From Vairimorpha necatrix (Eukaryota), in contig CP142736.1 of the NCBI GenBank assembly GCA_036630325.1, positions 806,001 through 870,000 of the forward strand: a stretch of 64,000 nucleotides of DNA, given 5' to 3'. Shown in pieces: positions 1 through 13,251 of this stretch; the first letter of the stretch is position 1, and each line of letters opens with the position of its first letter. The translations under genes were made by a program, and so were the position numbers. The notes under the pieces are model-generated. The model saw only the letters and a list, made by a program, of their open reading frames with translations. It was not told the origin of the DNA and ran no database searches.

Positions 1-122
1 AAAATTAAGCAAACAAAGACATAAAGTACAATAGCAAATATATTTTGTGGTGAAAAGACGATTTTGGTTAATTCCTTTTGACATGCAACTATCGCGAGCG
101 TAATTAGAAATGTAAGATTCAT
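1..122 (-). CDS. Small signal-peptide/membrane protein family member, 5' part only (runs off window edge)
   Basis: Not in ORF track. Manual translation from ATG at 122 gives MNLTFLITLAIVACQKELTKIVFSPQNIFAIVLYVFVCLI..., preceded by ttttacccat (CCC start motif). Same strand and layout as the downstream family members. Confidence 0.65.
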   Translation of the reverse strand, partial: MNLTFLITLAIVACQKELTKIVFSPQNIFAIVLYVFVCLI

Positions 123-3081
123 ATGGGTAAAATGTTGAAATTTATATACCCAGTTATTAATTAGCCATTTTAATTTATCTACTAGTAATGTAGAAATAAT
201 AGCAAGATGGCCAATATTTGTTCAGAATTTTTCCTTTAAAAAAGAACTTGTTCTGATTCCGATAAATAATTAAGATAAAATTAATTTATCATTAAAATGG
301 AGAATCTTATGCCGCTCACAATTGTAAAACATATAATAAAGATTTTATAACAATGATAAGAACGTATGTGAAAAAATGAATTGAGCTGCCGATCACAAGC
401 AGTAAATTTGCATATAGATATATATATATAGCAAAAGTTTCGATTTGTGAGCGGACAAAAAAAAACAAGTGCTAAAAGTCTATCATTATATGTAGTAAAA
501 AAAGCTAGAATTAAACAATTAAAGAAATAAATATTTTTAAAAATATATTGACGACGATTAATTAAAATCCCTGATAAAATTTAATAATACACCGAAAAAA
601 TTCATATAAATCAACCATAATAACATCTAACGAAAACAATTAAGAGGAAACATTAAGAAATGTAGAAGAAATTTACTAAATATGAATATATGTATAATTT
701 ATTAGAATATAAAAACAACATTGATATTATCTTTTTTTATGCTCAAATTTTAAAAAAGAAAATCAATTGTAAGATATTAAATATTTAAAGTTCATAAAAA
801 TAGGACATTTTCATTTATCTAAATCAAGAAAAATCATCATAAGACAATCCAATCAATACCGTTACCTAAAATCATCAATCTCTCAGGTAGAGTAAATATT
901 GTAGAGTATTCCGCCTTTTGTCGAAATTTCACAAATGGCAGATTGTAACTTGCACTCTAGTTTGTTCATTTTTTCAATTAAATGAATGGTTTATATAGAA
1001 ATAAAATTTTTATTTTTGAAAATTGTAATAAACAAATGATGTTTCTTTATTTCTCCATTAGCGATCTTAAGTTTTTATAAGAATATTAGAAATTTATTTT
1101 GTTTTTATCTTTTTATATGTTTCGTAACACATAAAACGGCCGTGTAAGGAAGGCATATAAACGAGATTTAATAGCTTTTTCTTCTATATATGCCTCATTT
1201 TAGCAGTTGCATTCACAGCCAACGCACTTACGGCTCTAGTCATTTCCCATTCGACATTTTTCATTTTGTTCTCTGGGACGTATTCTCCTCTTCGGTCTAA
1301 AGTGACATAATTTTAAGTTTTCTCAGAACAATGACTGGTTTTATATTTCATACAAGAGTCGTATTTCCAAATTCTCGACTTATTTTATGTGATATTTAGT
1401 AACTTTATATCATATATTGATACTTCAACTTTCCAGAATCTATGATAACAACTCAGTAATTTCTAGAAAGATACATGTCTTAAACTTTAACCGCCCAAAA
1501 AGTCGTCCTGGACATTTTAAAAACCTTTTATATATATATTTATACTTTCTTTTTAAATAAAAAAATATCGGTCAAATTATGGTCAGTTTTTATATTGATA
1601 TTTATATTCGTCTCTAATATTGTTCTGCTTATTAGTTTACTAGGATTTGGGTATTAATTACATACGTATCTTTTTTTGACTATCAGAAATATATTATAAT
1701 AATGTTAGAAGAGAAATATCTAACTATCTTGTTTCATTCATTCACAAGATCGACTCTAAACATTTTATCACACGTGGTAGCTAAAAAATTATCAGGCTTT
1801 TAATAGTTCAGCAATAAATACATTGTACCTCTTAAGTACGAAACTTTTTTTTATCCTGAACAAATCCATATAAAAAGTATGATTTTTAATATACTAGCAT
1901 CATTTTCGATTTTTCAAATCATATAAAGAAGAGACAATAGAAGATAAAGTCCTGCACCTATAAGTCATTGTGTCCAAAAGCACACTAATTTTATTCAATC
2001 ATGTATTTGATAAAATTAGCCGATAGTTTACAAACAAAACCCTATGCTTTACTAGTTTATGATCCTTATGATGTTTTTTTTTGAATATATTTTTTCGGAA
2101 TGTCAGTGAAATTAAAAAACGTTATCAGTGTGTTAAAATTATGAACTAAATTTATACATTTGTTTTGTCTATTGCGACAGATGTTCTCTTAAATGCTGGT
2201 TCTCTCGACCAACCTGTAACACCAAATTCTTCATTCGCCATATATTTTTTTAGTTTTTATTTCATGTTTAATAATAACCTCTTGAATATGTGTTTAACAT
2301 AGTCAAATAGGTATTTTTACTTCATATTATTTTCTAGAGTGTTGTTAATATTTTATTTGCACAATATGCCATAGCAATTTGCAATATGTAATGCAACACC
2401 AACTTTTTTATATATTTAACGATAATATGCGATCTAATTTTGTTATAGTTTGAGATTTGGGCCTTTATATGCTTACTTTAGCGTTTTAATATTCTCTTTG
2501 CTCGTTTCCAGTTAAATAGATTACAAATTTTCATTGTAATAGTCTGTTTTTTTACACATATCTTCTAGTATTCACTCTCATTTCACTTAAAAATATAGAA
2601 TATTTTTAATAAAATCAAAAAATTAATTAAGAAGATAATAACATACCAAAACAGTAGTAATCTCGATAATATAGCTTCAAATGCATTTGGCCAACAAAAG
2701 ACGCCGACCTAGTTTTGATTTACTTTAAATTCACTTTACCATACTGTCAGACATTAACGAACGACTTATATAAAATTTGAGTATCATATAGTAAAAAAAA
2801 GTTTTTTTTATTTAATAAAATGTTTTTTAATGTGATTTACGAATTTACTTTATAACAAAAACATAAAAGTCTCTAAATTAGTTTAGGAATAAATATCAAG
2901 GAAATACTAATAGCACGATCTTTGCAATTACTTAATTAATTTATAATAAATATAAATCATAAAATCGTAAGTGTATATTCTCTTACTACAAGTTTAGGTT
3001 TTTATATTTTGTAATCATTTTCATTTAGTTATATTTTATGACCTGGCTAAGGACTCCGCTGTCTTTACATGCTGTTAGTGC

Positions 3082-3117
<36 letters not shown>

Positions 3118-3303
3118 CGCCGATTACAGATTAAAATTTTTACTTTAGTTATTCATTTTTATTAAAATATTATTTACTTTTCATTTTTTAGACAAAAATA
3201 CATCTTACCTAAATTCTAAGAATTATAAATTTCGAAATACACGCATTGCATTATAAAAAAAAGGTTATAAAACGTGCTAAAGGTATAAAATAAAATTAAT
3301 GCT

Positions 3304-3588
3304 TTAATAATTGAAATATAATCCCATGATATTAATAATTATTACAACCGGCGAAATCATGGCAACCGAACACCATATAGTACTAGAAAACCAATAAAAT
3401 ACCTCAAGCCATTTACTTTTATCAACATAAGATTCTTGGCATTTTTTAATTGCATAGGGCACAGCTACAGCTATAGAACCGCCAATAAGTAGAAAATTCA
3501 ACAATCGAACTACTCCACAGATATCAAAAACTACCAGGCTTGAGAGAAAATTTCCAGTCTGCTGAATGTAATTTTGTAAAGAGGACAT
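3304..3588 (-). CDS. Small two-TM membrane protein (divergent family member), 94 aa
   Basis: Start re-assigned to ATG 3588 (MSSLQNY...), preceded by ttgccccat. Two hydrophobic segments separated by a K-rich loop. C-terminal MISPVVIIINIM resembles FSPFVLFYN of 6806..7087. Confidence 0.6.
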   Translation of the reverse strand: MSSLQNYIQQTGNFLSSLVVFDICGVVRLLNFLLIGGSIAVAVPYAIKKCQESYVDKSKWLEVFYWFSSTIWCSVAMISPVVIIINIMGLYFNY

Positions 3589-5010
3589 ATGGGGCAAGAT
3601 CAAAACATATTTATATCTATCAAACGTCAAAATCAATTTACAACACAATTTTTATTAAAAATAGATGTAAATTAAATTTTTGAAGGACTTTTTTAATTAA
3701 ATAACTAAGATCTACGTTTAATTTATTTTTGATAATATCCTAAGGCAAAGTTTCGGTTATAGGCGACCGATCAATACATTAACAGCATTTCTTAACTATA
3801 TTTTTACATAATTTTAACAAATTTATAGAATAAATTAAATTTTGGTGTTTATTAAACTTTAATTTATATTTTATTAATAATAGCTTTTAACTTCAAACCA
3901 CAACAAAATCTATGTTTCTTTGCTAAATTATATACATATGAGTGTAACAAAGATATTCTTATGACCCAGTTTCTTTGTCCTCTGTATAGCTTTTTTAATA
4001 AGTCTAAAGTTTGATTTTATATACCGTTATGATTAATACTCATGACTGTCAGATACGCAAAACTTTATTTTTTTAATTTAGTTTGAATAATGTCACAAAA
4101 TTGACTCGAGCTCAGACAATAATTCAAAGATTAATTGATCAATAAAAACCCGTCAATTATTAAATTTAGGGTTTTGTTTTGATAGAATCAAAAGAATATA
4201 CCATTCACAATTCGTTTAAATTTAAGAGTGCAATTTTCTAGGCTTGTATGACTTTACTTTTCAATTACATAGAAATGATTAAATAGTGTTTAATAAGTTG
4301 TTATAGGCAGATTAAGCAATATTCAATAAACATAGCACATAACTACATATATATGTTTAGATATTTGGAGGAAGTAAAGTGCCCATGCAAGTTTTTTTCT
4401 GAATTTTTATTTTTACCCAATTATTTTAAAAATTATCTAAACAAAACACGCCTTGTCAAGATATTTAATGTTTAATAACACGAATGTCATATAGATATTG
4501 AATCTTTTGTCTGAACTATATTAATATATTATTTATAAATGTTATAATTTTTTTGCCTCAACCCACACATTTTGTTCAATTATAACTCATCATATATTTC
4601 TAAGGATAATTGAACACCTCTTTATTGTCTAACAAAAAAGTATAACAATAAAATAAAAATTTAGTTTAAAATACTTTTTTTTAACAATTTACGTGGTACG
4701 AAATAACACAAAAATCTTAAATTTTTTACGGGTACATCATGATATAAAATGATTTTAAACGTTCATTTCTAAAAACAGAAACCTATTTTGAATAGCGAAT
4801 TATGTAATTATTATTATGCTTCCTCAGTGATACCGGCAAACAGGCAGATTGGTTCAATCACTTATATTTGAATTTAAATCAGAGAAATATGCTTATAAGT
4901 TAGACCTTATAATTCTTTGATAACAAAACGTGCTATTAATTACACACGATGATATACGAATAAAAAAAATTAAAAATACTGATTTACCATAATAAATTTA
5001 TTGAGATGCA

Positions 5011-5286
5011 TTATTTGCTTCCGCCAACTAGAATTACAACACCCATCCAGAAAACGATCATACTAGCACAAGAAGCCACATGATGCTTGATAATCTTGTT
5101 TCTATAATTCTTATTCTCGTCTTTATCTGGTCCATATATGTAATATAGACAAGAAATGGCATTAAAAATAATACTGACGATTATTCCACTGTGGCGTATC
5201 AAATGAGGCATATAGTTTATTTGCTGAACTATTTCTTTTGCTACGAATGAATCAGTACACAAAATCAGGTTCAGTAAGAAGAACAT
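5011..5286 (-). CDS. Small signal-peptide + two-TM protein, family member
   Basis: MFFLLNLILCTD..KEIV N-terminus, two TM segments, basic loop; tagcccttaATG start context. Confidence 0.75.
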   Translation of the reverse strand: MFFLLNLILCTDSFVAKEIVQQINYMPHLIRHSGIIVSIIFNAISCLYYIYGPDKDENKNYRNKIIKHHVASCASMIVFWMGVVILVGGSK

Positions 5287-6219
5287 TAAGGGCTAAATTA
5301 TGAAACGCATTTAAAAATCAGAACTGTCATTTTTAATAAAAATTTAAATATAAATTAAAAACCGACAACTTAATTTGACTTTTTAACATTTAATTAAACA
5401 CTATTGTCAAAGGCCAAAAATGGTCTTATTGCAACATCTCATTCATATGCTAAGTTCTTAACCTTTATAAAAAAGTAAATTTAAATGACGTCTAAAACAA
5501 GAAATTTATACTTTTGAAATATATGTTTGTAACTGTTTTAAATCATTTCTCTTTTGCTTTTAAACTTTCATTTAAATCTGATCTTACTATTTATTGTATC
5601 TTCCGTGCAAATTATACATGTTTTAAAAATAATAGAACTTATACTTCAGCATATATTTAATCTTCTATTGTAAAATATAAATATGTTTGCTGTTTATTAA
5701 ATCCGAAGTTTGAGAATAATATTTTTGACCATCAAAAAAAAGTAGGTTGATTTTTTTATGATCATTTTTTCACAGAGGTGACATAACGAATTTGTAATGT
5801 TTAAAAATTAATTCAAAGCTTATTAACTTTTCCGATGTTTTGTACATCTTTTAATTTTGTCGTGTTGTTCTAAAGAGACTAGCAAAAACTTTATAAAATT
5901 ACCAATTTGTCATAATAATTAGAATTATCAATTGTTTTTACTATGTCTTATAAAAGTTTTTTTTTTTATCATTAATTCACTAAAATAGATTAAAAATCTT
6001 TATAATAAAACAAAAGTTTCCATTTACTTAATTAAAACACTATATATAATGTGTTTATTTGCACCATCAAAATGATTTTTAAAAAGACTTGTGTCTTTTT
6101 TTGCCAAGATCTAAAAAAATAATGGTCTAAACACGTGAAAACATAGCAAAATAATAAATCTCAACCAAGAAAATAAAAATATAAACTCAATTATGAATAA
6201 TACGATAAAACTTAATAGT

Positions 6220-6510
6220 TTATTTAGTAAAAAATAAAGAATAGACTGTATTAATTATAACCACAATACTACACCAATAAAAAACAAACACACCATAAAA
6301 CTCAATGTGATTCTCTACTATTTTGTTTCTCTTTTTTCGTTTTTTTGTACGTCTTGGGTTGTATAAGTTGATTACACATGAAATAAAAAAAATAAAAAAT
6401 GCTACTAAAATTACTGGTCCTTCCCAATGATACGAAGAATCTACTTGTTTGACTATTTCAGTTTGATAAATTATCTTGTTACTTTCAATTGAGGTTAATA
6501 TGAAGAACAT
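6220..6510 (-). CDS. Small signal-peptide + two-TM protein, family member
   Basis: MFFILTSI...EIVKQ, TM1, very basic loop RRTKKRKKRNK, TM2; ttgccccaATG start context. Confidence 0.75.
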   Translation of the reverse strand: MFFILTSIESNKIIYQTEIVKQVDSSYHWEGPVILVAFFIFFISCVINLYNPRRTKKRKKRNKIVENHIEFYGVFVFYWCSIVVIINTVYSLFFTK

Positions 6511-6805
6511 TGGGGCAAATCTTCTAGATTAAACTTTATATTTAATAAATTATCAAATCTTATTGTAATATCTTAATAAAAATTACTTATTGATTTCTAT
6601 CAATATTACATTAATTAAAGAAAATGGTGTTTTACACATATCATAATATCATTAAGCAAAAAAAGTATATATTATACAAGAAAATACAGTATTATAACTA
6701 TTATTGAGTATTGTCTGTAAAAAGCAAATATATGAACTGATGTTCATAAATTATGACCATTGTAATAAAAATATGACTACTGATAAATTAAATTATAATT
6801 TAATA

Positions 6806-7087
6806 TTAAGAAAAGAAATTTGCAACCACATTATAAAACAGTACAAAAGGAGAAAAAATGCAAAAGTAATTGCCATACACTCTAAAATTGATGTTAAAAA
6901 TGTCGAACCAACTGTGATAATCTCGTCTCATAACCAACAGTTGAAGTAACAAATGAAATGCTGATCCAATTACAAAAAGACTTAACCAAAAAATATTAAT
7001 GAATGGGACCATAAGACAACTTTTTTTCACTATCTCGCTTGCAAGAATATTCTCAGCACATTTTATCATATTTATAAAGAAGAACAT
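6806..7087 (-). CDS. Small signal-peptide + two-TM protein, family member
   Basis: MFFFINMIKCAEN..SEIV; loop RRDYHSWFDIF; ttatcccatATG start context. Confidence 0.75.
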   Translation of the reverse strand: MFFFINMIKCAENILASEIVKKSCLMVPFINIFWLSLFVIGSAFHLLLQLLVMRRDYHSWFDIFNINFRVYGNYFCIFSPFVLFYNVVANFFS

Positions 7088-8469
7088 ATGGGATAAAATT
7101 CGATAGTTTTTATAATTATAAACGTCAAATTTTATTAAAAATTAAATATTATTAAAAAATGATATGTATTATATTTTGATAAATTCTAGATTAAAAAATA
7201 CGTTACAGCTTAGTTTGGAACTTTTGTACCATTTTTTATGTTTAAAAAATTAATTAAAAAAGAATGAGCAGAGGTACAAAACCACAGCCCACTTGTATAT
7301 TAAAGAGAAAGAAATCTCTTTTTTTGTTGTACTTGCAATATACTACGACCGAGGAAAAAAGTTACAATATATTCGAAATTTTGTATGAAATTTCTAGTTT
7401 TTAATTAAACGTATTGTTGAAAACCTCATATAATTACGTTAAATGATTAAAATCAGGTGTTTTAAATTAAATTTATTAAAACACTATTTTGTTAGAATTA
7501 TAAAAAAAAGAAGATATTAGATTTTTAAAAGTTATATCGACAAACGTGCACTATCATTTATTTCTTATACTTTAATTCAATTTTATCTCTTTTTTAGTTT
7601 GATTTTTATAAAATATTTATTTAAATACATATTTTCTATATGCAACAATAAATTTGATATAATTTAATAATTTTATGGCCATACATGCGCATACTTTATG
7701 TTAATACATTTTTAATTTGTTACTTTTTTGTAAAACTCAGTTTTAATGCTTGCCAGAATCATTTTCAAATATATTTAACCTCCTAACAAAAAAATGTAAA
7801 AATGTTGGTCAAATAAAATCACAAAAATGAGTCTAGGATCATAGATTTATGGATTATCTTTTGAAAACAATAACTTTTAAGGTTTTTTTTTACTATATGC
7901 GATATCTAAGAAAGCATAATTTTAACTTTTTAAATTCTTCCTTGCCAAGATAATAAGTCAAAAAACCAAAGAGGTCGCTATATATATTAAATTCTAATCT
8001 TAAAAAAATTTAAAAAAAGAAAGCTTAAATTAGTTATTTTAGAAATGCTATGCGTGTCAAATACATCGTATCGTACCTAGTTTTGATACATTTTACACAA
8101 TGATATTTTTAATATATTTTCGAAAATAGCCCCGTGTTTTCATTCCAATTAGTAAATACATAAAATTGCTTCATAAAAACAAATAATATGTAAAAAGAAC
8201 TGTATAAATGGCACAGACCTGTTTTTAAATATTACTATTACAGTTAGATTATATAAAGATTTTTTAAATAAAAAACAACATATATTTCATTGCATTTAAA
8301 TAATTTGTAAATGGACATAATCTCAAATATTCGGTAATGCGATAATGTTTAATACATATATTATAAATGAGAAAAATGAAGTTTAATTTCTAACGACGTT
8401 TAGACTTGGTGTGTGACCAAAAAACCTAATATATAAAGAGTTGGTATTCTAAACATATGGCATTATAGA

Positions 8470-8514
<45 letters not shown>

Positions 8515-10967
8515 TAATTACAAAAATTTCCGATGACCATAATATAGTTATGCCAAATTCTTGTATCGAAGTCGATTGTTTAGACCCGCGTATAATACGG
8601 CAATGAACACTTTAAAAGTTTCGAAATTTTGAATCCTTATATAAATTTAAACAATACAGAAATGTAACTGACTGATGTAGTGTGTTTTTCGTAAATATGC
8701 AACACTAAAAAATAGAATTTTTGCCTGTTTATATCGAAAATACGAATATGCTTTACTTAAGAAAAGTTTTATACTATGTTACGTTCTTAAAAGATGAAAT
8801 TAAATCAATATCTATTTTTTATGACTAAAAAAATTTGCAATCTTTTTGCTTCTACTTTTTTGTTTAATTTTATCTGCTAAAAATAAATCAATCGAAAGTC
8901 GATTTCACGATGAAATGTGGTAATTAGGTAATTTCATATAGCAATAACCATTTTAGAAAATTAGAAATTGAAATTTTATATTATAAGCTTTCAGTTGAAA
9001 TAACTTACTTAAACTAACTTCAATAATTTTAAGTTAATTACAAGAAAAAAATAAATTAAAATGGTAAAATAAAAATAAAACGTTGCGAACAAATTAAACC
9101 CACTCAAAAAATGTCAATACATTTTTAGATTCATGTCATTAAATTATTTAGACAAAGACACTAGCTCAACAATGTAATAAAAATGAAAAATCGATCCGAC
9201 TAAAAATTAGTATTTTTTTTCTTTTTCGCTCTTGATATTCCTTAGTACAATTATTCGGATTTATTTAAATAAATTTCTGATAATATTTACGAGGTTTTTA
9301 GGTTATAGACAACATCAAGTTAAATTTAAAAAATATATATTTAAAATATGTAATATATAGGTTATTTTAAGTGATTGTATATGCGAGCGCCTAATTTTTA
9401 ATTGTTCGATACGAGCTTAAATTAGATCAATCTTAAAGATTTGGGTCTATAGTCTTTTTTCATATAAGTTTAACTTTTATAAGCATGCAAATTAAATTAA
9501 TATTTGTGTCTCTTTACTTGTTTTGTACAGCTTTAGCATACTATATGAAAAATCTACAAGATATCTAAAAAATTTAAGTATTTAGACTCTCGGATTATCA
9601 AAAATGGATATTTAAACCAAGTTCTTAATTGGAATTAGTAAAAAACTAAATGAATCCGGGGAAAGAAATTTTTATAATGTATAAGTATGCTACAAAGTAT
9701 TTATTATAAATTTTGAGGCAAGAATGTAATAAATGCAATAGAATTAATTAAATACATCTAGCGACAAATATTATCTCTCATCTCAAATATTCTGTACTAT
9801 AACAACATGTGATTTGTTGGAATCGAGTATCTTAAATATTATTGTTTTCCAATTTTTTAGGTCACGAGTCCAGTTAAATTAGTCTAGAGTGTATAGGCCA
9901 TATTCCCTTTTGATTGTTATTGTGCGTTCCAATATTTTTTGGATCTTAGCTTGCATTTTTTGTGAATTTTGGATCATTTATTTCTTTTATCTTAATGTAT
10001 AATCGTTTATTGAAACGATAACTTTTATCTTTAATTCCCCAACCCCTTATCAGGCATTTATGTGTATGGTGTTATATCAAATTGTATTTTCATTCTTAAT
10101 GAATCGATTAAAAAATACAAGTTTACTTTCGTGTTGTTTTTTTACTTTTTCCGTTTTACTTAAAGTAATCTCTAGTTAAATTTTTTTTGGAAAAATACTT
10201 TTTTTAATAGCTGTATCAAAATTAATTAGGCAATTTGCCATAATTTCGTACTTTTCTCAAATATTTATTTTTTTAAAGATCTGCATATTTCCTCCTTAAA
10301 GATTGCATCCATACTGTAAATACGAAAACCACTACCTTTTGAATTTTTATTTAATATTCCAGCCTTGTTTGTTTTCTTCGAATATAAATACCGGCGCTAC
10401 TTGATCCATTATCTTCTTGGTGTTAACAAATTCTATATATGAATATTGTTTCCTGTATTTTAAACATTACTTGCAATGATTTTTTTTGGATGTATCCTTT
10501 TATCTATTATCAAAAGATTCGTTTAATCAATCGTAATATATTTTTTTCTTTGATAACCACATACAATATGAACATATAAAATTATAAATAAAGCTATTAA
10601 CTATTTGTTTACGATCTGTGAAATATAAACAAACTGTTTTTTTTAATGAAAGTATATGCGATGTTTTTTTTCTGGTTGGCATGTTAGTTTAAAAATAGAT
10701 ATATAAATTTTTATCAACATTAATAGCATATACTAACTATGTACTTCAAGTTATATAGTCCATACCTCGGGATACACATCTTTTTCTATCTTTATATACA
10801 TATTCCCTTTGAGCGTCAAAAAATTGTTTTAGGTCTAAAATCATAAACTATGTAAGTTAATTACGTTATACGCCCTATTGAGATTGTTTAATTATTTATT
10901 ATTTTACATTAAGTGTTTGGTACTTAATTATGGAGATCTAATCTAACACCTTTAACCAAATAATTTA

Positions 10968-11273
10968 TTAATTTATTAATAAATAATCAACTCGAAATAT
11001 CCAATATATTGTACTGTATATGAGAATCCATATCGCAAACAATAAAAATCTTTTACAACAATCAACAACTCCATCGGCAATAGCCGAATCTCTAACCTGA
11101 TCAGTTATTGTACGACGCCGATCATACAACTTGTAAAGACACTCAAGAATAGATATAGCAATTATACTGAAACCAATAATCCAAATTGCAGAAAAAAATG
11201 ATTTTTTTTGTATCACCACTTCTTTTGTAAGAATATTTTCTGTACACTTAATCATATTTAATAAGAAGATCAT
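10968..11273 (-). CDS. Small signal-peptide + two-TM protein, family member
   Basis: MIFLLNMIKCTEN..KEVV; two TM segments; ttatcccgaATG start context. Confidence 0.75.
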   Translation of the reverse strand: MIFLLNMIKCTENILTKEVVIQKKSFFSAIWIIGFSIIAISILECLYKLYDRRRTITDQVRDSAIADGVVDCCKRFLLFAIWILIYSTIYWIFRVDYLLIN

Positions 11274-12147
11274 TCGGGATAAAGGGATATTTATATATCA
11301 AATGAATATTTAATATATATACAAATCATGACTAAACAATATTATTGTATTTTTATATATTCATTCCAAAAGTTTGAAGTAGAAAATTGTAATGATTATA
11401 CTTGTAACCAATATAAACAGTGATATTTGTTGAAAGATTCAGAGAAACTAACATAATTACAAAAACACATTCATTGCAAAAATTTTGAGATCAGATAGTG
11501 ATTTATTTAATACCTCTAAGTACAAATTAAAATCGAACTTACTATTTATTACTTAGAAATACAATTTAAAACAATTCTGTTTAGTACGATGACACTTATC
11601 ATCCTAATAAATTCACCACAATCAAAGTCATATGGCATACAACTATAATTTGAGTAAGAGTATGCTTTCAAAATCAGCATGTGTAATAACAGTACCATTC
11701 CATAGCTCTTTTTTTAGAATAGTTGTAAAATCATATTTCATGATTTTCCAATTAACCAAAATGTAGCAAGAAACGGACTAGCGTTTACTTTTGTTTGACT
11801 AGCCCACACGTATTTATATTTTCATACACCACTCTAGATTTGAAAATAAATTTTGAAATATAGACCAATGTATAATATTGAAAACCTTAAATAGCTTGTA
11901 TAGAAATGCATTGGTACACCACCACTCCTTTAATTGCATTTTTAAATGAACATGGTAAATAAAAATGCGCGTTTTCGTTGCAATTTAAGATTAGCTACGA
12001 TATTATTTTTCGCATAGTAAAAATATTTTTGTAATTGTATACGTATATATTTATAGGGTAGAGTCTGTATTTTTTGTTTGTTGTAAAAGAATTGTAAAGT
12101 ATAGATCACTTTGGTTAAATGATAATGGTCTTAATTGCACAAATATT

Positions 12148-13251
12148 GGTGCATCTTTAGTAACGGGCCAGAAGGTAAGGGTCCCCCCTTATAAACAAAA
12201 AATTTAGAAAAAATACATAAAAAACATATAAAAAGGCAGTTTTAATTCAATAACTTAGATAATAGATCAAGAAATCCATGATAAAAGCCGTTTATGTCGT
12301 CTTCTCGCAACATTTTCTTTCTAAACATAAACTCGTCTAGCCAAGTATCTATTTCAGACCGTTTTACTCCATGTTCTTTTGTCATCTCTGATTTTAATTG
12401 TGGCCAGACGTTTTCAATGTTATTTGTATGTATGCCATCAGTTGATAAGAATCCTATAGAATGATTAACGACATGATGATCCAAACATAAGTTCTCGGCA
12501 ACACGAGGATAACTCGGATGCCCGTCACTGTGTAGCACCGAACCCACGCCAATTTTTCCCTCTAAAGCGGCTGTAAGGCATTCAACCGTTCTATTTTCTA
12601 CTCTCGTAATGTAAAAATTTGAAGGGTTTTGTGTATCAATTATGCCTACGATCCAAACGGTGTCCCTTATGTAATCATCGGCGCTTGTAGGGGACCGTAT
12701 TTTACCCCTTCTGCAAATTACGGATTCGTCTACTTGGATAACTTGACCCGGTCCACCTATTACCATTCTATTTCGGATGGTTTCCCTAAAAATACTTCTT
12801 AACCTTGCTTTAGCCGATGAAATTGTAGCAGTAGAAATACCTAATCTCGCCATTATCTGAAAGTAAGAGTCCCTACACAGTATCATAAAGATAAGATCGC
12901 AAAAAGTAAATAATGGCAGTTTGCAGCCTTTATTAATAGCTTACCTGACATTGCATTTGTAATTCATGCAACGATACGCTCCTCTAGTAACGACTACTTC
13001 TCTTCTAGGCCCTAACTTCATTATAGAGCCACACTTGGTGCATGGTTTTTCTTCTTTTAGAACTTCTAAATACACTAAAGACTCTAAACAGGCGTCTAAG
13101 TCATTAAAAAGTCTTTGTATTAGCACAAGCTGCATTTTGGTGCTTTTCTTTAGTAACGGGCCAGAGTTTTCAAAATTTGTATTCTCCATTTAGGGGGGTA
13201 AAAATTATTTTTTAAAACTGTAAAATTCTGGCCCGTTACTAAAGATGCACC
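12148..13251 (-). mobile_element. Merlin (IS1016/IS1595-like) DNA transposon, 1104 bp
   Basis: Perfect 26-bp TIRs GGTGCATCTTTAGTAACGGGCCAGAA (12148-12173 and reverse complement 13226-13251). 8-bp TSD CAAATATT (12140-12147 and 13252-13259). Encodes a DDE transposase. Confidence 0.95.
12242..13189 (-). pseudogene. Merlin/ISXO2-like transposase with one in-frame stop
   Basis: ORFs 12941..13189 (Zn ribbon CTKC..CMNYKC) and 12242..12886 (VIQVDES, LHSDG, VNHS, HTNNIENVW motifs) share one frame. They are joined by a TAA at 12941-12943 and 18 open codons (AINKGCKLPLFTFCDLIF). Start context ttacccccctaaATG. Confidence 0.9.

Noticed and set aside
550-840. Possible pseudogene of the microprotein family (minus strand MMIFLDLDK*, resembling MFFFLNLIKC)
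   Set aside because: No CCC motif, an early stop and no recoverable downstream frame; the similarity is too short to call.
9840-10560. Decayed coding-like minus-strand sequence
   Set aside because: No recognisable motif or terminal repeats.
11580-11930. Minus-strand fragment ITHADFES resembling a Polinton PolB exonuclease motif
   Set aside because: A single short motif in broken frames with no supporting domains.
12925-12945. GTAAG at the Merlin internal stop as a possible intron donor
   Set aside because: The frame continues cleanly past a single TAA, and the nearest AG gives a 17-nt frame-breaking intron; a nonsense mutation is simpler.
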